Of a DNA stretch of 64,000 nt, positions 43,265 to 56,800 are shown piece after piece. A model generated the notes under the pieces. It was not told the origin of the DNA. It worked only from the letters and a program-made list of their open reading frames with translations, and made no database searches. Both the position numbers and the translations under genes were made by a program. Origin of the DNA: Auanema rhodensis (taxonomy: Eukaryota > Animalia > Nematoda); assembly GCA_964057225.1 (NCBI GenBank), contig OZ059900.1:2294001-2358000 (forward strand), in the 5' to 3' direction. Position 1 is the stretch's first letter. Each line of letters starts with the position of its first letter.

Positions 43265-45698
43265 GCATTACTACACTAAGTATGGTCGTTTTTATGCCTT
43301 TAACACCATATACTCACCGATTTTTGGTACAAAATCTGTAATACTCGTAAATTTTGATCATATTCGGTGAGATTCGAGAATCAAACACACAATACACGAA
43401 ATAAGTTTATTTTGACGAGTTTGCACTGGTATTTATTCATTTTGATCAAAAAAGGTCGAAAATAGAAAGAATTTTTGAATTTTCCGAGTTTTGAGTCTAA
43501 TTTGGCTAAATCGCTCATATATATGATCAAAAGCATAGTTTTATTGTCTATGACAACAAAAGTCATCAATTAAACGCTAGTGATGTTTAAATACTGAATT
43601 TCGCTCAAATAGCATTACTACACTAAGTATGGTCGTTTTTATGCCTTTAACACCATATACTCACCGATTTTTGGTACAAAATCTGTAATACTCGTAAATT
43701 TTGATCATATTCGGTGAGATTTGAGAATCAAACACACAATACACGAAATAAGTTTATTTTGACGAGTTTGCACTGGTATTTATTCATTTTGATCAAAAAA
43801 GGTCGAAAATAGAAAGAATTTTTGAATTTTCCGAGTTTTGAGTCCAATTGGGCTAAATCGCTCATATATATGATCAAAAGCATAGTTTTACTGTCTATGA
43901 TAACAAAAGTCTTCAAATATACACTAATAATGATTGAATCACTGAATTTCACTCAAATAGCATTACTACACTAAGTATGGTCGTTTTTATGCCTTTAACA
44001 CCATATACTCACCGATTTTTGGTACAAAATCTGTAATACTTGTAAATTTTGATCATATTCGTTAAGATTTGAGAATCGAACATACAATACACAAAATCAG
44101 TCTATTTTTATGAGCTTGCACTGATATATATTCATTTTGATCAAAAAAGGTCGAAAATAGAAAGAATTTTTGAAATTTCCGAGTTTTGAGTCTAATTTGG
44201 CTAAATCGCTCATATATATGATCAGAAGCATAGTTTTAATGTCTATGACAACAAAAATCATCAATTAAACGCTAGTGATGTTTAAATACTGATTTTCGCT
44301 CAAATAGCATTACTACACTAAGTATGGTCGTTTTTATGCCTTTAACACCATATACTCACCGATTTTTGGTACAAAATCTGTAATACTCGTAAAATTTGAT
44401 AATATTTGTTAAGATTTGAGAATCAAACACACAATACACAAAATCAGTCTATTTTTATGAGTTTACACTGATATATATTCATTTTCATCAAAAAAGGTCG
44501 AAAATAGAAAGAATTTTTGAATTTTCCGAGTTTTGAGTCGAATTGGGCTAAATCGCTCATATATATGATCAAAAGCATAGTTTTACTGTCTATGATAACA
44601 AAAGTCTTCAAATATACACTAATAATGATTAAATCACTGAATTTCACTCAAATAGCATTACTACACTAAGTATGGTCGTTTTTATGCCTTTAACACCATA
44701 TACTCACCGATTTTTGGTACAAAATCTGTAATACTTGTAAATTTTGATCATATTTGTTAAGATTCGAGAATCAAACACATAATACACAAAATAAGTCTAT
44801 TTTTACAAGTTTGCACTGATATTTATTCATTTTGATCAAAAAAGGTCGAAAATAGAAAGAATTTTTGAAATTTCCGAGTTTTGAGTCTAATTTGGCTAAA
44901 TCGCTCATATATATGATCAAAAGCATAGTTTTACTGTCTATGATAACAAAAGTCTTCAAATATACACTAATAATGTGTAAATCACTGAATTTCACTCAAA
45001 TAGCTTTACTACACTAAGTATGGTCGTTTTTATGCCTTTAACACCATATACTCACCGATTTTTGGTACAAAATCTGTAATACTTGTAAATTTTGATCATA
45101 TTTGTTAAGATTCGAGAATCAAACACATAATACACAAAATAAGTCTATTTTTACAAGTTTGCACTGATATTTATTCATTTTGATCAAAAAAGGTCGAAAA
45201 TAGAAAGAATTTTTGAAATTTCCGAGTTTTGAGTCTAATTTGGCTAAATCGCTCATATATATGATCAAAAGCATAGTTTTACTGTCTATGATAACAAAAG
45301 TCTTCAAATATACACTAATAATGATTAAATCACTGAATTTCACTCAAATAGCATTACTACACTAAGTATGGTCGTTTTTATGCCTTTAACACCATATACT
45401 CACCGATTTTTGGTACAAAATCTGTAATACTTGTAAATTTTGATCATATTTGTTAAGATTCGAGAATCAAACACATAATACACAAAATAAGTCTATTTTT
45501 ACAAGTTTGCACTGATATTTATTCATTTTGATCAAAAAAGGTCGAAAATAGAAAGAATTTTTGAAATTTCCGAGTTTTGAGTCTAATTTGGCTAAATCGC
45601 TCATATATATGATCAAAAGCATAGTTTTACTGTCTATGATAACAAAAGTCTTCAAATATACACTAATAATGTGTAAATCACTGAATTTCACTCAAATA

Positions 45699-45932
45699 GC
45701 ATTACTACACTAAGTATGGTCGTTTTTATGCCTTACAAGTTTGCACTGATATTTATTCATTTTGATCAAAAAAGGTCGAAAATAGAAAGAATTTTTGAAT
45801 TTTCCGAGTTTTGAGTCGAATTGGGCTAAATCGCTCATATATATGATCAAAAGCATAGTTTTACTGTCTATGATAACAAAAGTCTTCAAATATACACTAA
45901 TAATGATTAAATCACTGAATTTCACTCAAATA
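45699..45932. repeat. Truncated 234-bp monomer (114-bp internal deletion), copy 1
   Basis: The junction ATGCCTT|ACAAGTTTG at 45734/45735 removes the equivalent of 78-191. Confidence 0.95.
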
Positions 45933-48900
45933 GCATTACTACACTAAGTATGGTCGTTTTTATGCCTTTAACACCATATACTCACCGATTTTTGGTACAA
46001 AATCTGTAATACTCGTAAATTTTGATCATATTCGTTAAGATTTGAGAATCAAACATACAATACACAAAATCAGTCTATTTTTATGAGCTTGCACTGATAT
46101 ATATTCATTTTGATCAAAAAAGGTCGAAAATAGAAAGAATTTTTGAAATTTCCGAGTTTTGAGTCTAATTTGGCTAAATCGCTCATATATATGATCAAAA
46201 GCATAGTTTTACTGTCTATGATAACAAAAGTCTTCAAATATACACTAGTAATGATTAAATCACTGAATTTCACTCAAATAGCATTACTACACTAAGTATG
46301 GTCGTTTTTATGCCTTTAACACCATATACTCACCGATTTTTGGTACAAAATCTGTAATACTCGTAAATTTTGATCATATTCGGTGAGATTCGAGAATCAA
46401 ACACACAATACACGAAATAAGTTTATTTTGACGAGTTTGCACTGGTATTTATTCATTTTGATCAAAAAAGGTCGAAAATAGAAAGAATTTTTGAATTTTC
46501 CGAGTTTTGAGTCCAATTGGGCTAAATCGCTCATATATATGATCAAAAGCATAGTTTTACTGTCTATGATAACAAAAGTCTTTAAATATACACTAATAAT
46601 GTGTAAATCACTGAATTTCACTCAAATAGCTTTACTACACTAAGTATGGTCGTTTTTATGCCTTTAACACCATATACTCACCGATTTTTGGTACAAAATC
46701 TGTAATACTCGTAAATTTCGATCATATTCGTTAAGATTTGAGAATCAAACACACAATACACGAAATAAGTTTATTTTTACGAGTTTGCACTGATATTTAT
46801 TCATTTTGATCAAAAAAGGTCGAAAATAGAAAGAGTTTTTGAATTTTCCGAGTTTTGAGTCCAATTGGGCTAAATCGCTCATATATATGATCAAAAGCAT
46901 AGTTTCACTGTCTATGATAACAAAAGTCTTCAAATAAACACTAGTAATGATTAAATCACTGAATTTCACTCAAATAGCTTTACTACACTAAGTATGGTCG
47001 TTTTTATGCCTTTAACACCATATACTCACCGATTTTTGGTACAAAATCTGTAATACTCGTAAATTTTGATCATATCCGTTAAGATTCGAGAATCAAACAC
47101 ACAATACACGAAATAAGTTTATTTTTACGAGTTTGCACTGATATTTATTCATTTTGATCAAAAAAGGTCGAAAATAGAAAGAATTTTTGAATTTTCCGAG
47201 TTTTGAGTCCAATTGGGCTAAATCGCTCATATATATGATCAAAAGCATAGTTTCACTGTCTATGATAACAAAAGTCTTCAAATATACACTAGTAATGATT
47301 AAATCACTGAATTTCACTCAAATAGCTTTACTACACTAAGTATGGTCGTTTTTATGCCTTTAACACCATATACTCACCGATTTTTGGTACAAAATCTGTA
47401 ATACTCGTAAATTTTGATCATATCCGTTAAGATTCGAGAATCAAACACATAATACACAAAATAAGTCTATTTTTACAAGTTTGCACTGATATTTATTCAT
47501 TTTGATCAAAAAAGGTCGAAAATAGAAAGAATTTTTGAAATTTCCGAGTTTTGAGTCCAATTTGGCTAAATCGCTCATATATATGATCAGAAGCATAGTT
47601 TTATTGTCTATGACAACAAAAATCATCAATTAAACGCTAGTGATGTTTAAATACTGATTTTCGCTCAAATAGCATTACTACACTAAGTATGGTCGTTTTT
47701 ATGCCTTTAACACCATATACTCACCGATTTTTGGTACAAAATCTGTAATACTCGTAAAATTTGATCATATTTGTTAAGATTTGAGAATCAAACACACAAT
47801 ACACAAAATCAGTCTATTTTTATGAGTTTACACTGATATATATTCATTTTCATCAAAAAAGGTCGAAAATAGAAAGAGTTTTTGAAATTTCCGAGTTTTG
47901 AGTCCAATTTGGCTAAATCGCTCATATATATGATCAAAAGCATAGTTTTATTGTCTATAACAACAAAAGTCATCAATTAAACGCTAGTGATGTTTAAATA
48001 CTGAATTTCGCTCAAATAGCATTACTACACTAAGTATGGTCGTTTTTATGCCTTTAACACCATATACTCACCGATTTTTGGTACAAAATCTGTAATACTC
48101 GTAAATTTTGATCATATTCGTTAAGGTTTGAGAATCAAACATACAATACACAAAATCAGTCTATTTTTATGAGCTTGCACTGATATATATTCATTTTGAT
48201 CAAAAAAGGTCGAAAATAGAAAGAATTTTTGAAATTTCCGAGTTTTGAGTCTAATTTGGCTAAATCGCTCATATATATGATCAAAAGCATAGTTTTATTG
48301 TCTATGACAACAAAAGTCATCAATTAAACGCTAGTGATGTTTAAATACTGAATTTCGCTCAAATAGCATTACTACACTAAGTATGGTCGTTTTTATGCCT
48401 TTAACACCATATACTCACCGATTTTTGGTACAAAATCTGTAATACTTGTAAATTTTGATCATATTTGTTAAGATTCGAGAATCAAACACACAATACACGA
48501 AATAAGTTTATTTTGACGAGTTTGCACTGGTATTTATTCATTTTGATCAAAAAAGGTCGAAAATAGAAAGAATTTTTGAATTTTCCGAGTTTTGAGTCTA
48601 ATTTGGCTAAATCGCTCATATATATGATCAAAAGCATAGTTTTATTGTCTATGACAACAAAAGTCATCAATTAAACGCTAGTGATATTTAAATACTGAAT
48701 TTCGCTCAAATAGCATTACTACACTAAGTATGGTCGTTTTTATGCCTTTAACACCATATACTCACCGATTTTTGGTACAAAATCTGTAATACTCGTAAAT
48801 TTTGATCATATTCGGTGAGATTCGAGAATCAAACACACAATACACGAAATAAGTTTATTTTGACGAGTTTGCACTGGTATTTATTCATTTTGATCAAAAA

Positions 48901-51842
48901 AGGTCGAAAATAGAAAGAATTTTTGAATTTTCCGAGTTTTGAGTCCAATTGGGCTAAATCGCTCATATATATGATCAAAAGCATAGTTTTACTGTCTATG
49001 ATAACAAAAGTCTTCAAATATACACTAATAATGATTGAATCACTGAATTTCACTCAAATAGCATTACTACACTAAGTATGGTCGTTTTTATGCCTTTAAC
49101 ACCATATACTCACCGATTTTTGGTACAAAATCTGTAATACTTGTAAATTTTGATCATATTCGTTAAGATTTGAGAATCGAACATACAATACACAAAATCA
49201 GTCTATTTTTATGAGCTTGCACTGATATATATTCATTTTGATCAAAAAAGGTCGAAAATAGAAAGAATTTTTGAAATTTCCGAGTTTTGAGTCTAATTTG
49301 GCTAAATCGCTCATATATATGATCAGAAGCATAGTTTTAATGTCTATGACAACAAAAATCATCAATTAAACGCTAGTGATGTTTAAATACTGATTTTTGC
49401 TCAAATAGCATTACTACACTAAGTATGGTCGTTTTTATGCCTTTAACACCATATACTCACCGATTTTTGGTACAAAATCTGTAATACTCGTAAAATTTGA
49501 TAATATTTGTTAAGATTTGAGAATCAAACACACAATACACAAAATCAGTCTATTTTTATGAGTTTACACTGATATATATTCATTTTCATCAAAAAAGGTC
49601 GAAAATAGAAAGAATTTTTGAATTTTCCGAGTTTTGAGTCGAATTGGGCTAAATCGCTCATATATATGATCAAAAGCATAGTTTTACTGTCTATGATAAC
49701 AAAAGTCTTCAAATATACACTAATAATGATTAAATCACTGAATTTCACTCAAATAGCATTACTACACTAAGTATGGTCGTTTTTATGCCTTTAACACCAT
49801 ATACTCACCGATTTTTGGTACAAAATCTGTAATACTTGTAAATTTTGATCATATTTGTTAAGATTCGAGAATCAAACACATAATACACAAAATAAGTCTA
49901 TTTTTACAAGTTTGCACTGATATGTATTCATTTTGATCAAAAAAGGTCGAAAATAGAAAGAATTTTTGAAATTTCCGAGTTTTGAGTCTAATTTGGCTAA
50001 ATCGCTCATATATATGATCAAAAGCATAGTTTTACTGTCTATGATAACAAAAGTCTTCAAATATACACTAATAATGTGTAAATCACTGAATTTCACTCAA
50101 ATAGCTTTACTACACTAAGTATGGTCGTTTTTATGCCTTTAACACCATATACTCACCGATTTTTGGTACAAAATCTGTAATACTTGTAAATTTTGATCAT
50201 ATTTGTTAAGATTCGAGAATCAAACACATAATACACAAAATAAGTCTATTTTTACAAGTTTGCACTGATATTTATTCATTTTGATCAAAAAAGGTCGAAA
50301 ATAGAAAGAATTTTTGAAATTTCCGAGTTTTGAGTCTAATTTGGCTAAATCGCTCATATATATGATCAAAAGCATAGTTTTACTGTCTATGATAACAAAA
50401 ATCATCAATTAAACGCTAGTGATGTTTAAATACTGATTTTTGCTCAAATAGCATTACTACACTAAGTATGGTCGTTTTTATGCCTTTAACACCATATACT
50501 CACCGATTTTTGGTACAAAATCTGTAATACTCGTAAAATTTGATAATATTTGTTAAGATTTGAGAATCAAACACACAATACACAAAATCAGTCTATTTTT
50601 ATGAGTTTACACTGATATATATTCATTTTCATCAAAAAAGGTCGAAAATAGAAAGAATTTTTGAATTTTCCGAGTTTTGAGTCGAATTGGGCTAAATCGC
50701 TCATATATATGATCAAAAGCATAGTTTTACTGTCTATGATAACAAAAGTCTTCAAATATACACTAATAATGATTAAATCACTGAATTTCACTCAAATAGC
50801 ATTACTACACTAAGTATGGTCGTTTTTATGCCTTTAACACCATATACTCACCGATTTTTGGTACAAAATCTGTAATACTTGTAAATTTTGATCATATTTG
50901 TTAAGATTCGAGAATCAAACACATAATACACAAAATAAGTCTATTTTTACAAGTTTGCACTGATATTTATTCATTTTGATCAAAAAAGGTCGAAAATAGA
51001 AAGAATTTTTGAAATTTCCGAGTTTTGAGTCTAATTTGGCTAAATCGCTCATATATATGATCAAAAGCATAGTTTTACTGTCTATGATAACAAAAGTCTT
51101 CAAATATACACTAATAATGTGTAAATCACTGAATTTCACTCAAATAGCTTTACTACACTAAGTATGGTCGTTTTTATGCCTTTAACACCATATACTCACC
51201 GATTTTTGGTACAAAATCTGTAATACTTGTAAATTTTGATCATATTTGTTAAGATTCGAGAATCAAACACATAATACACAAAATAAGTCTATTTTTACAA
51301 GTTTGCACTGATATTTATTCATTTTGATCAAAAAAGGTCGAAAATAGAAAGAATTTTTGAAATTTCCGAGTTTTGAGTCTAATTTGGCTAAATCGCTCAT
51401 ATATATGATCAAAAGCATAGTTTTACTGTCTATGATAACAAAAGTCTTCAAATATACACTAATAATGATTAAATCACTGAATTTCACTCAAATAGCATTA
51501 CTACACTAAGTATGGTCATTTTTATGCCTTTAACACCATATACTCACCGATTTTTGGTACAAAATCTGTAATACTTGTAAATTTTGATCATATTTGTTAA
51601 GATTCGAGAATCAAACACATAATACACAAAATAAGTCTATTTTTACAAGTTTGCACTGATATTTATTCATTTTGATCAAAAAAGGTCGAAAATAGAAAGC
51701 ATTTTTGAAATTTCCGAGTTTTGAGTCTAATTTGGCTAAATCGCTCATATATATGATCAAAAGCATAGTTTTACTGTCTATGATAACAAAAGTCTTCAAA
51801 TATACACTAATAATGTGTAAATCACTGAATTTCACTCAAATA

Positions 51843-52076
51843 GCATTACTACACTAAGTATGGTCGTTTTTATGCCTTACAAGTTTGCACTGATATTTAT
51901 TCATTTTGATCAAAAAAGGTCGAAAATAGAAAGAATTTTTGAATTTTCCGAGTTTTGAGTCGAATTGGGCTAAATCGCTCATATATATGATCAAAAGCAT
52001 AGTTTTACTGTCTATGATAACAAAAGTCTTCAAATATACACTAATAATGATTAAATCACTGAATTTCACTCAAATA
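51843..52076. repeat. Truncated 234-bp monomer (114-bp internal deletion), copy 2
   Basis: Identical junction at 51878/51879. Confidence 0.95.
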
Positions 52077-53815
52077 GCATTACTACACTAAGTATGGTCG
52101 TTTTTATGCCTTTAACACCATATACTCACCGATTTTTGGTACAAAATCTGTAATACTTGTAAATTTTGATCATATTCGTTAAGATTTGAGAATCAAACAT
52201 ACAATACACAAAATCAGTCTATGTTTATGAGCTTGCACTGATATATATTCATTTTGATCAAAAAAGGTCGAAAATAGAAAGAATTTTTGAAATTTCCGAG
52301 TTTTGAGTCTAATTTGGCTAAATCGCTCATATATATGATCAAAAGCATAGTTTTATTGTCTATGACAACAAAAGTCATCAATTAAACGCTAGTGATGTTT
52401 AAATACTGAATTTCGCTCAAATAGCATTACTACACTAAGTATGGTCGTTTTTATGCCTTTAACACCATATACTCACCGATTTTTGGTACAAAATCTGTAA
52501 TACTCGTAAATTTTGATCATATTCGTTAAGATTTGAGAATCAAACATACAATACACAAAATCAGTCTATTTTTATGAGCTTGCACTGATATATATTCATT
52601 TTGATCAAAAAAGGTCGAAAATAGAAAGAATTTTCGAATTTTCCGAGTTTTGAGTCCAATTGGGCTAAATCGCTCATATATATGATCAAAAGCATAGTTT
52701 TACTGTCTATGATAACAAAAGTCTTCAAATATACACTAATGATGTGTAAATCACTGAATTTCACTCAAATAGCTTTACTACACTAAGTATGGTCGTTTTT
52801 ATGCCTTTAACACCATATACTCACCGATTTTTGGTACAAAATCTGTAATACTCGTAAATTTTGATCATATTCGTTAAGATTTGAGAATCAAACATACAAT
52901 ACACAAAATCAGTCTATTTTTATGAGCTTGCACTGATATATATTCATTTTGATCAAAAAAGGTCGAAAATAGAAAGAATTTTCGAATTTTCCGAGTTTTG
53001 AGTCCAATTGGGCTAAATCGCTCATATATATGATCAAAAGCATAGTTTTACTGTCTATGATAACAAAAGTCTTCAAATATACACTAATGATGTGTAAATC
53101 ACTGAATTTCACTCAAATAGCTTTACTACACTAAGTATGGTCGTTTTTATGCCTTTAACACCATATACTCACCGATTTTTGGTACAAAATCTGTAATACT
53201 CGTAAATTTTGATCATATCCGTTAAGATTCGAGAATCAAACACACAATACACGAAATAAGTTTATTTTTACGAGTTTGCACTGATATTTATTCATTTTGA
53301 TCAAAAAAGGTCGAAAATAGAAAGAATTTTTGAATTTTCCGAGTTTTGAGTCCAATTGGGCTAAATCGCTCATATATATGATCAAAAGCATAGTTTCACT
53401 GTCTATGATAACAAAAGTCTTCAAATATACACTAGTAATGATTAAATCACTGAATTTCACTCAAATAGCTTTACTACACTAAGTATGGTCGTTTTTATGC
53501 CTTTAACACCATATACTCACCGATTTTTGGTACAAAATCTGTAATACTCGTAAATTTTGATCATATCCGTTAAGATTCGAGAATCAAACACACAATACAC
53601 GAAATAAGTTTATTTTCACGAGTTTGCACTGATATTTATTCATTTTGATCAAAAAAGGTCGAAAATAGAAAGAATTTTTGAATTTTCCGAGTTTTGAGTC
53701 CAATTGGGCTAAATCGCTCATATATATGATCAAAAGCATAGTTTCACTGTCTATGATAACAAAAGTCTTCAAATATACACTAGTAATGATTAAATCACTG
53801 AATTTCACTCAAATA

Positions 53816-56800
53816 GCATTACTACACTAAGTATGGTCGTTTTTATGCCTTTAACACCATATACTCACCGATTTTTGGTACAAAATCTGTAATACTTGTA
53901 AATTTTGATCATATTCGTTAAGATTTGAGAATCAAACACATAATACACGAAATAAGTTTATTTTTACAAGTTTGCACTGATATTTATTCATTTTGATCAA
54001 AAAAGGTCGAAAATAGAAAGAATTTTTGAAATTTCCGAGTTTTGAGTCTAATTTGGCTAAATCGCTCATATATATGATCAAAAGCATAGTTTTATTGTCT
54101 ATGACAACAAAAGTCATCAATTAAACGCTAGTGATGTTTAAATACTGAATTTCGCTCAAATAGCATTACTACACTAAGTATGGTCGTTTTTATGCCTTTA
54201 ACACCATATACTCACCGATTTTTGGTACAAAATCTGTAATACTCGTAAATTTTGATCATATTCGTTAAGATTTGAGAATCAAACATACAATACACAAAAT
54301 CAGTCTATTTTTATGAGCTTGCACTGATATATATTCATTTTGATCAAAAAAGGTCGAAAATAGAAAGAATTTTCGAATTTTCCGAGTTTTGAGTCCAATT
54401 GGGCTAAATCGCTCATATATATGATCAAAAGCATAGTTTTACTGTCTATGATAACAAAAGTCTTCAAATATACACTAATGATGTGTAAATCACTGAATTT
54501 CACTCAAATAGCTTTACTACACTAAGTATGGTCGTTTTTATGCCTTTAACACCATATACTCACCGATTTTTGGTACAAAATCTGTAATACTCGTAAATTT
54601 TGATCATATTCGTTAAGATTTGAGAATCAAACATACAATACACAAAATCAGTCTATTTTTATGAGCTTGCACTGATATATATTCATTTTGATCAAAAAAG
54701 GTCGAAAATAGAAAGAATTTTTGAAATTTCCGAGTTTTGAGTCTAATTTGGCTAAATCGCTCATATATATGATCAAAAGCATAGTTTTACTGTCTATGAT
54801 AACAAAAGTCTTCAAATATACACTAATAATGTGTAAATCACTGAATTTCACTCAAATAGCTTTACTACACTAAGTATGGTCGTTTTTATGCCTTTAACAC
54901 CATATACTCAACGATTTTTGGTACAAAATCTGTAATACTCGTAAATTTTGATCATATTCGTTAAGATTTGAGAATCAAACATACGATACACAAAATCAGT
55001 CTATTTTTATGAGCTTGCACTGATATATATTCATTTTGATCAAAAAAGGTCGAAAATAGAAAGAATTTTTGAAATTTCCGAGTTTTGAGTCTAATTTGGC
55101 TAAATCGCTCATATACATGATCAGAAGCATAGTTTTATTGTCTATGACAACAAAAGTCATCAATTAAACGCTAGTGATGTTTAAATACTGATTTTCGCTC
55201 AAATAGCATTACTACACTAAGTATGGTCGTTTTTATGTCTTTAACACCATATACTCACCGATTTTTGGTACAAAATCTGTAATACTCGTAAATTTTGATC
55301 ATATTCGTTAAGATTTGAAAATCAAACACACAATAAACAAAATCAGTCTATTTTTATGAGTTTGCACTGATATATATTCATTTTGATCAAAAAAGGTCGA
55401 AAATAGAAAGAATTTTTGAATTTTCCGAGTTTTGAGTCCAATTGGGCTAAATCGCTCATATATATGATCAAAAGCATAGTTTTACTGTCTATGATAACAA
55501 AAGTCTTCAAATATACACTAATAATGATTAAATCACTGAATTTCACTCAAATAGCATTACTACACTAAGTATGGTCGTTTTTATGCCTTTAACACCATAT
55601 ACTCACCGATTTTTGGTACAAAATCTGTGATACTCGTAAATTTTGATCATATTCGTTAAGATTTGAAAATCAAACACACAATAAACAAAATCAGTCTATT
55701 TTTATGAGTTTGCACTGATATATATTCATTTTGATCAAAAAAGGTCGAAAATAGAAAGAATTTTTGAAATTTCCGAGTTTTGAGTCTAATTTGGCTAAAT
55801 CGCTCATATATAAGATCAAAAGCATAGTTTTACTGTCTATGATAACAAAAGTCTTCAAATATACACTAATAATGATTAAATCACTGATTTTCAGTCAAAT
55901 AGCATTACTACACTAAGTATGGTCGTTTTTATGCCTTTAACACCATATACTCACCGATTTTTGGTACAAAATCTGTAATACTCGTAAATTTCGATCATAT
56001 TCGTTAAGATTTGAAGATCAAACACACAATAAACAAAATCAGTCTATTTTTATGAGTTTGCACTGATATATATTCATTTTGATCAAAAAAGGTCGAAAAT
56101 AGAAAGAATTTTTGAATTTTCCGAGTTTTGAGTCCAATTGGGCTAAATCGCTCATATATATGATCAAAAGCATAGTTTTACTGTCTATGATAACAAAAGT
56201 TTTCAAATATACACTAATAATGATTAAATCACTGATTTTCAGTCAAATAGCATTACTACACTAAGTATGGTCGTTTTTATGCCTTTAACACCATATACTC
56301 ACCGATTTTTGGTACAAAATCTGTAATACTTGTAAATTTTGATCATATTTGTTAAGATTCGAGAATCAAACACATAATACACGAAATAAGTCTATTTTTA
56401 CAAGTTTGCACTGATATTTATTCATTTTGATCAAAAAAGGTCGAAAATAGAAAGAATTTTTGAAATTTCCGAGTTTTGAGTCTAATTTGGCTAAATCGCT
56501 CATATACATGATCAGAAGCATAGTTTTATTGTCTATGACAACAAAAATCATCAATTAAACGCTAGTGATGTTTAAATACTGATTTTCGCTCAAATAGCAT
56601 TACTACACTAAGTATGGTCGTTTTTATGCCTTTAACACCATATACTCACCGATTTTTGGTACAAAATCTGTAATACTCGTAAATTTTGATCATATTCGTT
56701 AAGATTTGAAAATCAAACACACAATAAACAAAATCAGTCTATTTTTATGAGTTTGCACTGATATATATTCATTTTGATCAAAAAAGGTCGAAAATAGAAA

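Larger units (their letters stand above)
42571..52077. repeat. Duplication at 5101-bp period (15 monomers minus 114 bp) with an extra 1043-bp trimer in the second copy
   Basis: Offset 5101: 43381/48482, 43728/48829, 44444/49545, 44771/49872. Offset 6144 after the trimer gain: 44444/50588, 45467/51611, 45710/51854. Confidence 0.85.

Noticed and set aside
12356-51879. Both structural variants (69 and 114 bp) are multiples of 3, hinting at reading-frame preservation
   Set aside because: With only two independent events the chance is 1 in 9. The 69-bp size is explained by microhomology, the deletion destroys the ORF's normal end, and the common 347/348 indel shifts the frame.
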